NCBI GenBank assembly: GCA_965263295.1
Contig: OZ253665.1
Coordinates: 960,001-1,024,000, forward strand
DNA length: 64,000 nucleotides
Source of the DNA: Spirochaetia bacterium
GTDB lineage: Bacteria; Spirochaetota; Spirochaetia; SP-2023
Direction of reading: 5' to 3'
The notes beneath the pieces were generated by a model. That model had not been told where the DNA came from. It saw only the letters and a program-made list of their open reading frames with translations, and made no database searches. The position numbers were made by a program, and so were the translations under genes. Shown in pieces: positions 10,695-21,145 of this stretch (positions are counted from its first letter, which is position 1; each line of letters starts with the position of its first letter).

Positions 10695-11163
10695 GGCTCT
10701 TCCTTTCTTTGTGGCGCTTACCCAAGTGTATGGCCATATCGATCACGGCGAGGAGGCCGCTGATACTGACACTGATTCCGATTTTTTGCAGGATATCCTG
10801 TTCGCTGCCAGCTGTAGTCAGGCTATCAATATTCGGATCATTGATGCTGTAAACGACGTCATAGGCCAAAGAGCTGAATAATAGAGCTAGCGGGACGGAA
10901 CCGATGAGTATCACTTCAAAGCGGCGAACATCGCGGAGAAATACGGGAAACTCGTCCTGGGCATAGGGTACTGGCTTGAAATTTTCCTCGTTATTGTTTT
11001 GTGCAGCCAGAGTTACGAGTAGGGCCTGTCTACCGTTTAAGGCACAGGAGCCGACCGGAGGCAGAACGAGTAAAAGCCCTAATAATACAGGCAAGCGGGG
11101 CCGAAATACGTTGATACAGGCTCTGCTTCTCGGCCAGAATCGAGCCGCAAGTACAAATCCCAT
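10555..11163 (-). CDS. Hypothetical membrane protein between yggS and rluD
   Basis: PYAQDEFPVFLRDVRRFEVILIGSVP followed by two TM segments; overlaps the N-terminal extension of the rluD ORF. Confidence 0.65.
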   Translation of the reverse strand: MGFVLAARFWPRSRACINVFRPRLPVLLGLLLVLPPVGSCALNGRQALLVTLAAQNNNEENFKPVPYAQDEFPVFLRDVRRFEVILIGSVPLALLFSSLAYDVVYSINDPNIDSLTTAGSEQDILQKIGISVSISGLLAVIDMAIHLGKRHKERKSRERILRESEFIETRAPAESAKSPAKVGAKSQGDAAVQPRSAGASPQ

Positions 11164-11182
11164 ACCACTTATTTTAGCACAA

Positions 11183-11956
11183 TCAATGGCAAAATAATAG
11201 ACTACCGATGCGCAGCACATTGGCTCCTTCGGCTAAAGCTTCGCGATAGTCGCTGCTCATGCCCATGGATAGTTCAAAACATTCCCGCTGATGCCCCGCA
11301 CTTTGCGTTGGCGGATAGTCACACCACAGGCGCTCGGCCAGCCGGCGGCAAGAGGCAAAGGCGCGACGTGTCGCCGCTTCATTGGCGTTGGCAGCCCCCA
11401 TGCACATCAAGCCCCGCAGTCGCAACAGGCTACCGGACCCCAACAGTTCGTCGAGTAGTTGGCACAACTCATCATATTCGCGGCAGCCGTTTTTCTGCTT
11501 CTCGCCACTAGCGTTATACTGAAAGTATAAATCCAAAGGCTCTGTCCGGTCTCGTCCTGCTACGGCTTTCGCCAGGCGGCGCAGAAGTTTAACACTGGAG
11601 ACGCTGTGCAGGGCGCAGAATAACTCAGTCGCCTTGCTCGCCTTGTTACTCTGCAGGGCACCGATCATTTCCAGCCGCACACGGCGAGCGACAAACTGTG
11701 GCCTTTGAGCGTAATATTGTTCCAGTTCTAGCTGGCGCTGAGCTGCGCCCTGGACGTAATTCTCTCCGAGGTTGGGCAGGTCAAGTTGTGCCGCCTCGAG
11801 CTGTGGTGTACGCCGGTGGAGGTAGTCAAGGGCACTGTAGATATCTTCGCAACTTTGGTATTTGCTGACCAGCAGTATACGCACGGAGTCTCGTCGCTGT
11901 CGTGTGGCGGCTGCGATATCAAAAGCCACTTGTTCGTAGCGTTCGGCTAAAAACAT
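11183..11956 (-). CDS. yggS: YggS/PROSC PLP-binding homeostasis protein
   Basis: LVSK, GENYVQ, IGALQSNK, GLMCM, LSMGMSSDY, RIGSLLF. Confidence 0.93.
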   Translation of the reverse strand: MFLAERYEQVAFDIAAATRQRRDSVRILLVSKYQSCEDIYSALDYLHRRTPQLEAAQLDLPNLGENYVQGAAQRQLELEQYYAQRPQFVARRVRLEMIGALQSNKASKATELFCALHSVSSVKLLRRLAKAVAGRDRTEPLDLYFQYNASGEKQKNGCREYDELCQLLDELLGSGSLLRLRGLMCMGAANANEAATRRAFASCRRLAERLWCDYPPTQSAGHQRECFELSMGMSSDYREALAEGANVLRIGSLLFCH

Positions 11957-11966
11957 GGCCGGTAAT

Positions 11967-13421
11967 TTAAGAAGGCAGGTAATATTCGCGTAGCAGCCTC
12001 TGCAGCGATAGATAATCGCTCACGGCCACAGTTTCTTGCAGGCTGTGCATGGCATACATTGGCAGGCCAATATCGACACCGCGCAGCCCCAGCTGACTCG
12101 CCAGGATCGGACCAATCGTAGAGCCCGTCGGTCTATCGGAGCGCGGTACGGCATTTTGCAGCGGGCAGTTGGATTTTTGGGCAATGGCACGAATCCGCGC
12201 AATACTAAAAGGTTCGCTAATATAACTGGCGCCGTTTGGCAACTTCAGGGCCGGACCGGCACCCATTTTCAGATCGTATGCTGGATCAAAGGCTTCGGGG
12301 TAAGACGGATGGCTGGCATGGGCTCCGTCAAGGGAGAGAAGGAATGCCGCCGACAGGCTGCGGGCCCAAGCCTCACTCAATTCGACCTCGTCTTTTAAGC
12401 GCGGCTCTTTTCCCTGCGCGTACTGGATCACAATGCGTCGCAGCACAGTCGCGACAAAGTTTGAAGCTGCCCCTTCATAAGTGCGACTGCCAACTTCCTC
12501 GCCATTACACAGAATGGCGACAGGCCAGCTGCGCGGGACTTTGCCCTGGCGCTTGAGCTGACACATTTCGTCCAACAATAAATAGACCATGCTCATATCA
12601 TCGAGGCGAGAGCCGCTGAGCAGTTCATCATCGAGACCGAGCCGAGTCGGCCTTTCGCTATGGCACAGTTGCAGTTCGCAGACTTCATCGTCGGCCAGAC
12701 CAAATTTCTGACGCAGCAACCGGGCGGCGTCTTGCCCTGCATCCTCTCTGCGGACTGGCTCCCGACCGAAAATCGCTTTCAGCTGGGTTTGCGGATTGTA
12801 ACCCAGTTTGGTGTTCACTTCTCGGTTCAGATGAATCGCCAGGTTGGGCACGATGGCAACTGCCTTGCCGTCGCAGACGTGCACATGGCGCAGTTGACTT
12901 TGTTCGCCGTTGCAACGCACGGCAATACCGGCGACCGAAAGGCTGCGGTCACAGTGGCTTGCAAAAATCGGGCTGCCATATACTGCGACATGACAAACCA
13001 GTACCCCGCGCTCAAAGTGTGCACTTTCCAGTTTCAGCTTGAGGCCGGGACTGTCGGTGTGGGCGCCGGCCAAGCGCAGGCCGCCCGGGGCGCTTGCGGC
13101 CGGCTCGCTTGCCGAAGTGTCCTCAGAATTGTGCCGTGGATTACTCCAAGAATCACGCCAAGAATCACGCCATGGTGCTTCCGAACCGCAGATCCAGGCA
13201 ATCAAACTCCCGCCACGCAGACAAAAAAATCCCTGGCCAGACTGTGCTGTGCGCAAGGCGGCCCAAGAGTCCTGTTCGGATAATGGCTGAAAGCCGGCCT
13301 CCAACAACAGGATTCGGGCTTGTTCGACAGCGTGAAAAGGCGTGGGACTGGCGTGCAAAAAATCACATAAAGCATTGATTGTGGATTGATCATGTACATC
13401 TTGAGGAGGCTTGCGACCCAT
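11967..13421 (-). CDS. M18 family aminopeptidase
   Basis: SPTPFHAV, GAHTDSP, RLDD, EEVGS, DGAHASHP, GSTIGP, AMHS. Confidence 0.93.
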   Translation of the reverse strand: MGRKPPQDVHDQSTINALCDFLHASPTPFHAVEQARILLLEAGFQPLSEQDSWAALRTAQSGQGFFCLRGGSLIAWICGSEAPWRDSWRDSWSNPRHNSEDTSASEPAASAPGGLRLAGAHTDSPGLKLKLESAHFERGVLVCHVAVYGSPIFASHCDRSLSVAGIAVRCNGEQSQLRHVHVCDGKAVAIVPNLAIHLNREVNTKLGYNPQTQLKAIFGREPVRREDAGQDAARLLRQKFGLADDEVCELQLCHSERPTRLGLDDELLSGSRLDDMSMVYLLLDEMCQLKRQGKVPRSWPVAILCNGEEVGSRTYEGAASNFVATVLRRIVIQYAQGKEPRLKDEVELSEAWARSLSAAFLLSLDGAHASHPSYPEAFDPAYDLKMGAGPALKLPNGASYISEPFSIARIRAIAQKSNCPLQNAVPRSDRPTGSTIGPILASQLGLRGVDIGLPMYAMHSLQETVAVSDYLSLQRLLREYYLPS

Positions 13422-13520
13422 TCAATAAACTCCAAACTATAAATAAAAAAACAAGACCAGGCTGGAGCGGACTCACAAAAACCTGGCCTGCAGTTTCAAG
13501 GTAAGCTAAATTTCCGCAGC

Positions 13521-14213
13521 CTAGTCCCGGCGACCAAAGATCAACAAGATGCGGATGAACAAACCAATAAAAGTGATGTAAAGCGAAAAGGCCGCGATGA
13601 TGCTGATACGCAGAAAGCTGGCTCCATCAGCCTGATTCATCTCGCGGGCCATTTGTTTGAGTTGCTGGGTTTGGAAAGCTGTCAACAGCACATAAATCAA
13701 CACGGCGGCATAGTTGATTAACATGCTCATGCCACTGGAACGCATGAACATGTTGACCACTGAGGCAATGATGATACCGATCAGGCCCATGATCAGATAA
13801 GATCCCATGCCGCTGAGGTCTCTTTTAGTAGTGCTCCCATAGACCGCCATAGCCGCAAAAGTCCCGGCAGCGACAAAAAAAGCGCTATAAATTACCGATT
13901 GGGCAAAGGCCTTGAAAACCCAGGCCAGCAGCATGCCTTCCAAAACGGCGTACAGCGCATATAAAAGGGTGGCCGCGTTAGTGCTGAACTTCATGACCAT
14001 GTTGGGCAAGAACCAAGTCAAGGCCAAGGTTGCGACGACCAAGACGAGATAGCTACCGCCCTGAAGGTAGTAATATAGAGGGGAGTTAGCTGTTAGATAC
14101 GCTGTCAGACCTGTAATAACCAAGGCCAGACACATCCAGGTATAGACATTGCGCAGAAAGTTCTGCTCCATCGTCCTAACCCGGCTTAGATTGAGATCGA
14201 GCGGGTTACTCAT
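13521..14213 (-). CDS. Bax inhibitor-1/YccA family membrane protein
   Basis: FLRNVYTWM, YGSTTKRDLS, about 7 TM helices; RBS AAGGAGG upstream. Confidence 0.92.
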   Translation of the reverse strand: MSNPLDLNLSRVRTMEQNFLRNVYTWMCLALVITGLTAYLTANSPLYYYLQGGSYLVLVVATLALTWFLPNMVMKFSTNAATLLYALYAVLEGMLLAWVFKAFAQSVIYSAFFVAAGTFAAMAVYGSTTKRDLSGMGSYLIMGLIGIIIASVVNMFMRSSGMSMLINYAAVLIYVLLTAFQTQQLKQMAREMNQADGASFLRISIIAAFSLYITFIGLFIRILLIFGRRD

Positions 14214-14554
14214 TTGAAACCTCCTTTGAAATCCGTTTCAGGTGTTACCTTTCTTTAATATAGCCATCTAGTCCAATTTAGGCAAGGGCTCAGACGTGAG
14301 AAAATGATTTTAGACTTTACATTTAAATAAATTATATAACTTGTGAAAAAATCCATATTTTGCACAATCCTTGAAATAATCGTGAAGCCAGACTCTTTAA
14401 AACTGCTTAATGCTGACAAAACCCTGTTTGCCACATCTCGGCTCCGACACAGCACTCAGCCCAGGTTGCAATCTGATGTTGCTGAGAGCAAAGCATAGTT
14501 GAGAATTGGTAGGTTAATATGCAACTTTTACTCCTTTCGGCAGGCAACACACAT

Positions 14555-14954
14555 GATGGTGTGAAGGATTAAAGTCATTGCCTAAAGGGCAGATTTGTCT
14601 AAAGCTGATTACGGTAATATAGAAAAATACTGTTGTCTTCTATTGAGAATGTGAAAAAAATACGCCAACAATATCCTAAATTCTTTACCTGAAGAATTGA
14701 AGAGCGAGTCCCGTGATGAATACAATGTTATAAAGTAGATTTCAAACAAATTGAAAGCTGTAGATATCTAGAGCAATTGGCTTTCTGAAATAAATGTAAT
14801 GCTTGCAATTAGATATGAACAGGCTCCAGAAACACTAGACCTTGTGTTTTAAATTGGCCGCGCGAAATTATGGAAGGGCTTAAAAAAGGCAATCTTCTAT
14901 AAAGATTACATGAGACGACTGAAAAGTGTCAATCAGCTAAACATCAACCATTGA
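14555..14954 (+). pseudogene. Decayed reading frame, possibly an IS256-family transposase remnant
   Basis: Frame 14661-14954 reads YANNILNSLPEELKSE...RYEQAPETL...FYKDYMRRLKSVNQL with three internal stops; AT-rich; next to the 3' end of tRNA-Ser. Confidence 0.3.
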
Positions 14955-15010
14955 ACACTTTATCCCTTAAATTATCTTTACATAGCGACAATTTAAAGGA
15001 CGTAATATAA

Positions 15011-15097
15011 CGGAGAGAGAGGGATTCGAACCCTCGGTACCCTTGCGAGTACAACTCCTTAGCAGGGAGCCCGATTCAACCGCTCTCGCATCTCTCC
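15011..15097 (-). tRNA. tRNA-Ser(GCT)
   Basis: GGAGAGA/TCTCTCC acceptor stem, anticodon loop CT-GCT-AA, long variable arm, GGTTCGAATCC T-arm; CCA not encoded. Confidence 0.97.
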
Positions 15098-15143
15098 GAT
15101 GGCAAAATGCACAGAAAAACTGCGCAGTAAAACTGCACTAGCT

Positions 15144-15228
15144 CGGAGAGAGTGGGATTCGAACCCACGGTAGGTTGCCCTACGCTGGTTTTCAAGACCA
15201 GAGCCTTCAACCACTCGGCCATCTCTCC
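15144..15228 (-). tRNA. tRNA-Ser(TGA)
   Basis: GGAGAGA acceptor stem, CTGGT-CT-TGA-AA-ACCAG anticodon arm, long variable arm, GGTTCGAATCC. Confidence 0.97.
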
Positions 15229-15460
15229 CTGCATTTGCAGTACGCAGCGTCAATGTATCGGTTTTAATTTTTGGCGTCAAGTGCTGGTGTGCAGAATCCT
15301 GCCATTTTGTGACCGAAACGCTTAAGGGCTTGCCAGTAGACGCAGAGTGGCAAACAGGCTAGGATTATGTTTTGACCTTAAATATCAGATGCATTTCATG
15401 GCTTGTTTCATATATAGCTTGCCTAATTAATGCGGCCCTAATTTACGAGGAATAATCCCC

Positions 15461-16114
15461 ATGAGTCAAACACTCAATACTATCAATGTGGTGAGTTCTA
15501 AATATCCCATCGTCACGGAAGTCCAACGGCCAGAAGAATGGCTGCAAATCATCCCCAAACTGCGCTTGCTAACCCTGGAATCAGAACAGGATGAAGCGGA
15601 CTTGCACCGCAGATCTCAAGTGGTCAAAATATTTGGCAAGGAGTTAGAGCAATTTTGCCAAGCCATGGTTGAGCACATGCACAACGAACGTGGCATTGGT
15701 CTGGCAGCTCCACAAATGGGTGTATTTCAACGCATTTTTGTCTCGCAAACCTGTGAAGAGGCCGCCCCTCTAATTGTAATCAACCCTGAAATCCGGCCGG
15801 CGAGCGACGACAAAGAATCCAACGAGGAGGGATGCCTGAGCGCGCCGGGCATTTATGCAGAGGTTGAACGCTGGGCTGCGATCGACATCAAAGCGCAGGA
15901 TCCTTATGGCCAGACTTTTGAGTTCCAACTTGAAGGTTTGGATTCCATTTGCTTCCAACATGAAAACGACCATTTAGATGGCATTCTATTTACCGACTAT
16001 CTAAAACGTAGCCAAGTGAAGAAAATACACCAATACTTTGCCGAATTGCGCTTACAAGACTCCCAAGGTCCAGTTGGTCCAGTTCGACAGAGCAAAAGTG
16101 AAGACGATAATTAA
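15461..16114 (+). CDS. def: Peptide deformylase
   Basis: GIGLAAPQ, EGCLS, QHENDHLDG. Confidence 0.97.
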   Translation: MSQTLNTINVVSSKYPIVTEVQRPEEWLQIIPKLRLLTLESEQDEADLHRRSQVVKIFGKELEQFCQAMVEHMHNERGIGLAAPQMGVFQRIFVSQTCEEAAPLIVINPEIRPASDDKESNEEGCLSAPGIYAEVERWAAIDIKAQDPYGQTFEFQLEGLDSICFQHENDHLDGILFTDYLKRSQVKKIHQYFAELRLQDSQGPVGPVRQSKSEDDN

Positions 16115-16117
16115 CTT

Positions 16118-17200
16118 ATGCTACGCATTGTATTTGCAGCCACCCCCGAACTGGCCTGCCCCAGTCTAGAGGCCCTGCAGCAGGCCAGCGCGGCCGGCCA
16201 AATCGAAATTGCAGGAATCCTGACGCAGCCAGACCGGCCCGCCGGGCGCAAACGCCAACTAAAGCCCAGCCCCATCAAAGTCAGAGCGTTAGAGTTAGGT
16301 CTGGAACCTCGAAGCATACTTTGTGCGCAAAAACTAGACGCCGAGCTGCAGTCAAAGTTGGCTGCGATGCACCCCGATCTACTGGCAGTCTTTGCCTACG
16401 GAAAAATTTTGCCCCAAGTCCTGCTCAATCTTTTCCCGCTAGGGGGTATCAATTTACACCCTTCGGCTCTGCCGCAATGGCGCGGCCCCAGCCCGATTGA
16501 AGCCCAGTTGCTCAGCGGCGCAGAACAACTGGCAATCAGCGTGCAGCGCATCTCGCTGCAGATGGACGCCGGCGATATCTTGCGCCAGGAGTTCTACCCT
16601 CTGCCCGATGAAGCCAATTATTTTGTCGCCGCCCAGATCGCCGCAGCGCAGGGCGCAGCCCTACTCCGCCAGACTTGTGAGCAGATTGCCGCGAAAGGTC
16701 AGAACTACTTAAATAGCGCCACGGCCCAGAAGCACAGCGAGGCATCATACTGCCCCAAAATTCGCAAAGAAGATGGACGGCTGAACTGGCAATCCAGCGC
16801 TCTGCAGCTCGGCCGCCAGTGCCGCGCTTACGCCGCCTGGCCCAAGGCCCATAGCTGGTTGCGCTGGCCTAACGAAAATAGTCCACGCCAGGTAAATATT
16901 CTGCAAGCTGCAGTGTGGGCGGGGCAAAGTTCAGCACTGGAAAGTTTTATTCAACACAATCAGGCGCGGCCGGGGCAATTGCTAACTTTGCATCCCGAAG
17001 ACGGCCTCCTGGTTTTGACAGGCCAGGGTATTTTGGCCATTCGTCAACTGCAACGCCAGGGCAAAAAATCCTGTAATGCCAAAGATTTTGCCAATCAGTT
17101 AAATTTGCCTAAATGGCGACAAATTGAGCAAAATAATGGTAGATGCTCGGCATATAAACACCTGTTTTGCTTTTGTGACATAGATCCTGTCGCGCAATAG
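16118..17200 (+). CDS. fmt: Methionyl-tRNA formyltransferase
   Basis: TQPDRPAGR, INLHPSALPQWRGPSP, MDAGD; follows def. Confidence 0.96.
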   Translation: MLRIVFAATPELACPSLEALQQASAAGQIEIAGILTQPDRPAGRKRQLKPSPIKVRALELGLEPRSILCAQKLDAELQSKLAAMHPDLLAVFAYGKILPQVLLNLFPLGGINLHPSALPQWRGPSPIEAQLLSGAEQLAISVQRISLQMDAGDILRQEFYPLPDEANYFVAAQIAAAQGAALLRQTCEQIAAKGQNYLNSATAQKHSEASYCPKIRKEDGRLNWQSSALQLGRQCRAYAAWPKAHSWLRWPNENSPRQVNILQAAVWAGQSSALESFIQHNQARPGQLLTLHPEDGLLVLTGQGILAIRQLQRQGKKSCNAKDFANQLNLPKWRQIEQNNGRCSAYKHLFCFCDIDPVAQ

Positions 17201-17307
17201 ATAAATGCTTGGTAAGCCAACAGTCTACAGGCTGGCCCTAGACCCTATCTCATTTCTGATTATAGTGTAGGGCTCAATAACTAAGTCCCCAATTTACAGA
17301 GGATTGT

Positions 17308-18063
17308 ATGCCATCCAAAACGCGATCACCTAAGCAATCACCTAAGCACTCATCAAAGCGGCACCCAGAGTCTTGCGACGAAGTCCCGAATAGCCCGGAT
17401 ACGCTCAGTACCGACTTGCCTGCCGTCAGCGGCGAGGCCGTATTCTGGACGGGCTTTGGATTTATTGTGCTGTGTCTGGCTCTGGTTTTGTTTACCGTGG
17501 CGGTGTTATTTTTCTTTTCAGTACACAAAAAAGAAGTCGTGATTGTGCCGCAGGTGGCGGGAGAACCCTTGATCAATGCCCTGATTGAACTGCAAGAAAA
17601 GCATCTGGTGCCCAAAGTCCTGCTCAAGATATCCAACGAGAGCGGCGATGCCGGCACTATTTTGTACCAAAGCCCCGCACCTGGGGCCAAGGTCGTGATT
17701 GGACGAGAGGTAGTGCTGACTGTCAGCAAGGGCAACCTAATCGACAAAGTCCCCAATTACATTGGTGAGCAGCTGTATAAAATCCAGAGTGATGTCAACA
17801 ATCTGAAATATGTTTTCAGCAAGTTACAAATTGGCCAGGTTCATTACGTTGCGCGAGCGGATGTCCCGCAGGGCAGCATCCTTGCCCAAAAGCCGCAACC
17901 CGGCAGCCGACTTACCACACCTTTAATCCTTGAACTGTGGGTCAGTGCCCCCGGCGAGCCGAACAGTGGTACTTTACCTGGCGAGCCCCAAAGCCAAAAC
18001 TTGAGCGGGACCCCCAAAAATACAAATGCAAATTCAAATACAAATTTAAGGGCGACTGGGTGA
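17308..18063 (+). CDS. PASTA domain-containing membrane protein
   Basis: One TM helix then two PASTA-like units (VPQVAG...QSPAPG...VSKG; VPNYIG...QKPQPG); follows def-fmt. Confidence 0.85.
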   Translation: MPSKTRSPKQSPKHSSKRHPESCDEVPNSPDTLSTDLPAVSGEAVFWTGFGFIVLCLALVLFTVAVLFFFSVHKKEVVIVPQVAGEPLINALIELQEKHLVPKVLLKISNESGDAGTILYQSPAPGAKVVIGREVVLTVSKGNLIDKVPNYIGEQLYKIQSDVNNLKYVFSKLQIGQVHYVARADVPQGSILAQKPQPGSRLTTPLILELWVSAPGEPNSGTLPGEPQSQNLSGTPKNTNANSNTNLRATG

Positions 18064-18247
18064 ATCCTGGCATGAATTAAAGCATGGTTTAGTCTGGAAA
18101 ATTAGAAACTGCCAGCCCCTCGCGCCAGTCTTGATCCGCACCTTTTCTCGCACCTTGTCTAAAACACACAACCCGTTGAACAACAGGGGCGTTTAAGCTA
18201 TTTTTTTCAGCGGCTTTGAGCTTCAGACTTAAAGGAGCAGCAAATCC

Positions 18248-20269
18248 ATGAGCCAGAATGTCGCCATCCTAGACCCCCAAGTTGCCGCCAAAATTGCCGC
18301 GGGTGAAGTAATTGAGCGGCCTGCGGCCGTGGTGCGCGAACTTTTGGATAACGCCATCGACTCTGGAGCCAGCGAAGTCTCCCTCTACATAGAAGAGGGT
18401 GGCCTGCAGCTAGTTCGTGTCACGGATGACGGTATTGGCATGAGCAAGGAAGACCTAGAACTTTGTTATTTGGCCCATGCCACCTCAAAAATTCGTCATA
18501 CCAATGACTTGTTACAACTCGGCAGTCTGGGTTTTCGCGGCGAGGCACTCAGCTCTATTGCCGCCTGTAGCCAACTGCGGATCGGCAGTGCCCAAGCTGC
18601 GGATCAGGACCTCAATAACAGCATAGATGGCTCTACGGAAAGTCCGCTCAAAGCCTGGGAATTGCGGGTTGACGACAGCCTGTTGCGCGGGATTGAGCCC
18701 GTTCTCGCTTCACACAGCGGCACACAAGTGGAAGTACGCGAGCTGTTTTATTCGTTCCCCGCCCGGCGCAAATTCCTCAAAAGTACTCGCTCCGAACTGA
18801 GCAGTTGCAAAGCTGTGTTCCAAGAGAAGGCCCTGGCCTTCCCCCACATCCACTTCCGTCTTTACAACCAAGGAAAAATGGAAAATTCTCTGGCTCCTGG
18901 CTCCGCTTTAGAGCGCATCTGTCAGGTTTTTAACGAGCTGGTTCCCGAACAGTTATTCCAGCTGGATGAACAGACCGAAAACTTTTCGATACAAATATTT
19001 GCCGCGCCACCAGCCCTCTATCGCCGCGACCGCAAACGCATGCCCATTTACATCAATCAGCGCCCCATCGCGGAGGCTTCCTTGCAACAAGCCATACGTA
19101 TCGGCTATGACGGCTACCTGGCTGGCGGCCTTTTCCCTGTGGCCATTTGTTTTTTAACCGTTTCGCCAGAGCGGGTGGACTTCAACATACATCCCGCCAA
19201 GCGCGAGGCGCGCCTGCGCGACCTCAGCCTGGTACAAGCCGGCATTCGCCAGACTTTGCGCAGTTTTTGTCGCGAAGCCGGCAATTTGAGCGACCCGCAA
19301 AGTGAAGCCAAAGACAAGCGGCAAAGCCAAGTTTGCCCAGAGCGAACGCCACAGGGCCCAAAGACAAATTCCATGCCAGAGCGAGAACCTGCCTCCAGCC
19401 CGCACGCATCAAATCGGGACGCTGGCGCCACAGCCACCCGATACCGCAATTCTTCGCCGGCCAGCCGGGTGGCCTCACGCAGTTTCTGCCCCAAAGGACC
19501 TTCCACCTTTTACGACAGTCCCGCCTTTCAGGATAAACCTGGTGCAGATTTTGACTCGGCGAGAAAAGGTTTTTCTACCCGCGAGCTGCAGCACGGACAG
19601 AGAGTGCCTCCAAATGAAGCCCGCGTTCAAAACGACGACGATTTTAGCGCTTCCAGTCTGCGCGAAACGCACGCAGAGAATTGGCAAGTCGCCCAAGTTC
19701 AGCGAGATAAACCGCAGGAATTCCACTACCTAGGCCAACTGTTTGAAGTTTTTCTCTTGGTTCAACGCGACATTAACGACACGCCTAGCCTAATGATTGT
19801 CGACCAACACGCCAGTCACGAGCGCATTCTATATGAAACCCTGGAGCGCGAAATGCTACAGCAGCAGCCCCTGCTTGTCCCCATTGAGCTGGACGTCGAG
19901 TTGACAGAGTCCCAATCACTGCGCCGGCGCGCTGCAGCACTGGCCTCCATCGGCATACAAATTAAAGAATGCGATGACGGCAAGCGCTGGCAAATCTGCA
20001 GCCTCCCCCCCTGCGTCAACGATTTAAAAAATGAGCTGGTCCAACTGGTGTTGCATGGCGCTAGCGAGGTCGAAGATCTAAAACGTGAGCTATTTGCCCA
20101 CTTATCTTGTCGCAAGGCCATCAAAAAGGGTGATATACTCGATGACATAAGCGCCACGCAATTGTTACATGACATTTTTACCATGGGGCTGGAGCGCTGT
20201 CCCCACGGCCGTCCGCTATGGTACAGCCTCAGTCTGCCAGAACTCTACCGTTTGTTGCAAAGGACCTAA
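18248..20269 (+). CDS. mutL: DNA mismatch repair protein MutL
   Basis: IAAGEVIERP, GFRGEAL, DFNIHPAKRE, endonuclease motif DQHASHERILYE, CPHGRP. Confidence 0.97.
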   Translation: MSQNVAILDPQVAAKIAAGEVIERPAAVVRELLDNAIDSGASEVSLYIEEGGLQLVRVTDDGIGMSKEDLELCYLAHATSKIRHTNDLLQLGSLGFRGEALSSIAACSQLRIGSAQAADQDLNNSIDGSTESPLKAWELRVDDSLLRGIEPVLASHSGTQVEVRELFYSFPARRKFLKSTRSELSSCKAVFQEKALAFPHIHFRLYNQGKMENSLAPGSALERICQVFNELVPEQLFQLDEQTENFSIQIFAAPPALYRRDRKRMPIYINQRPIAEASLQQAIRIGYDGYLAGGLFPVAICFLTVSPERVDFNIHPAKREARLRDLSLVQAGIRQTLRSFCREAGNLSDPQSEAKDKRQSQVCPERTPQGPKTNSMPEREPASSPHASNRDAGATATRYRNSSPASRVASRSFCPKGPSTFYDSPAFQDKPGADFDSARKGFSTRELQHGQRVPPNEARVQNDDDFSASSLRETHAENWQVAQVQRDKPQEFHYLGQLFEVFLLVQRDINDTPSLMIVDQHASHERILYETLEREMLQQQPLLVPIELDVELTESQSLRRRAAALASIGIQIKECDDGKRWQICSLPPCVNDLKNELVQLVLHGASEVEDLKRELFAHLSCRKAIKKGDILDDISATQLLHDIFTMGLERCPHGRPLWYSLSLPELYRLLQRT

Positions 20270-20281
20270 AATCTATATATA

Positions 20282-21142
20282 ATGGAGCTAGATTGTCGCT
20301 GGGATTCCAAGGAGAACAATATGATTTATACCCTGTCTCGCGAAGGTGGCATAGATTTCAGCCCTATTTTAACCAATTTGAAACAGCGCGATATTCCGGT
20401 TCTGGATTCAGACGTCTTGCACGAGGAACAGCTCAAATTTGACTCACCGGATCAATTGCTAGAGCAATTTGACGAACACAGCCCACGCTTCCGCGACCTT
20501 TGGGGAGCCCGCAAAGATTATTATTTATCTTTCCTGCGTCTCAGTATCTACCGTTTTGCCCTGCGGGATTGCGGCATTATCTATGGCCATGGCGCGAGCT
20601 TCATCCTTGCGCAGCTCCCTGCCATTATGAAAATCAAGTTAATTGGGCCAGAAGATTACCGCATCAAGATAGTGGCCGAAAAACGGCAAGTCAGAGAACA
20701 CGAGGCCCGTACCTTGATCCACAAGCGCGAACGCGAGCGCATTGGTTTCCACCGCTTTTTTTTCGATGCCGACTGGAACGATGAGTCTTGTTATGACGTG
20801 ATCTTAAACATCAGTGCCAGTAATTTCTCAACCATTCTGGAGACCGCCTTGCACACATCCTTTGCAGCCGAACAAGTAGCCGAACGCAAAAAACTCCTGC
20901 AAGACCTGATCAATGCTGAAGAACTATACATGGACTTGCTATTCGGGCAGAAACTGTTTATTGACCTGCTCAAGGTACTGTTTGACAGTGAGAAAAAGAG
21001 CATTCAGGTCCAGGGAATTATCGGAGACCAGAAGACCCAAGAAAAAACCAGTCGTTATATCTTGGAACGCTATCCCGATTATAATGTACAAGCGAGTTTT
21101 GAACTGATGCAGAGCCGCTACTTATATTTCCCGTCCATCTGA
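20282..21142 (+). CDS. Cytidylate kinase-like family protein, possible C-terminal BON-like domain (likely start ATG 20321)
   Basis: IYTLSREGG, IIYGHGASFIL, RFFFDADWND..YDVILN. Confidence 0.75.
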   Translation: MELDCRWDSKENNMIYTLSREGGIDFSPILTNLKQRDIPVLDSDVLHEEQLKFDSPDQLLEQFDEHSPRFRDLWGARKDYYLSFLRLSIYRFALRDCGIIYGHGASFILAQLPAIMKIKLIGPEDYRIKIVAEKRQVREHEARTLIHKRERERIGFHRFFFDADWNDESCYDVILNISASNFSTILETALHTSFAAEQVAERKKLLQDLINAEELYMDLLFGQKLFIDLLKVLFDSEKKSIQVQGIIGDQKTQEKTSRYILERYPDYNVQASFELMQSRYLYFPSI

Positions 21143-21145
21143 GCC

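Noticed and set aside
15011..15228. tRNA genes lacking an encoded CCA; possible prophage att site
   Set aside because: Non-encoded CCA is common, and no duplicated tRNA 3' end or integrase was seen in the window
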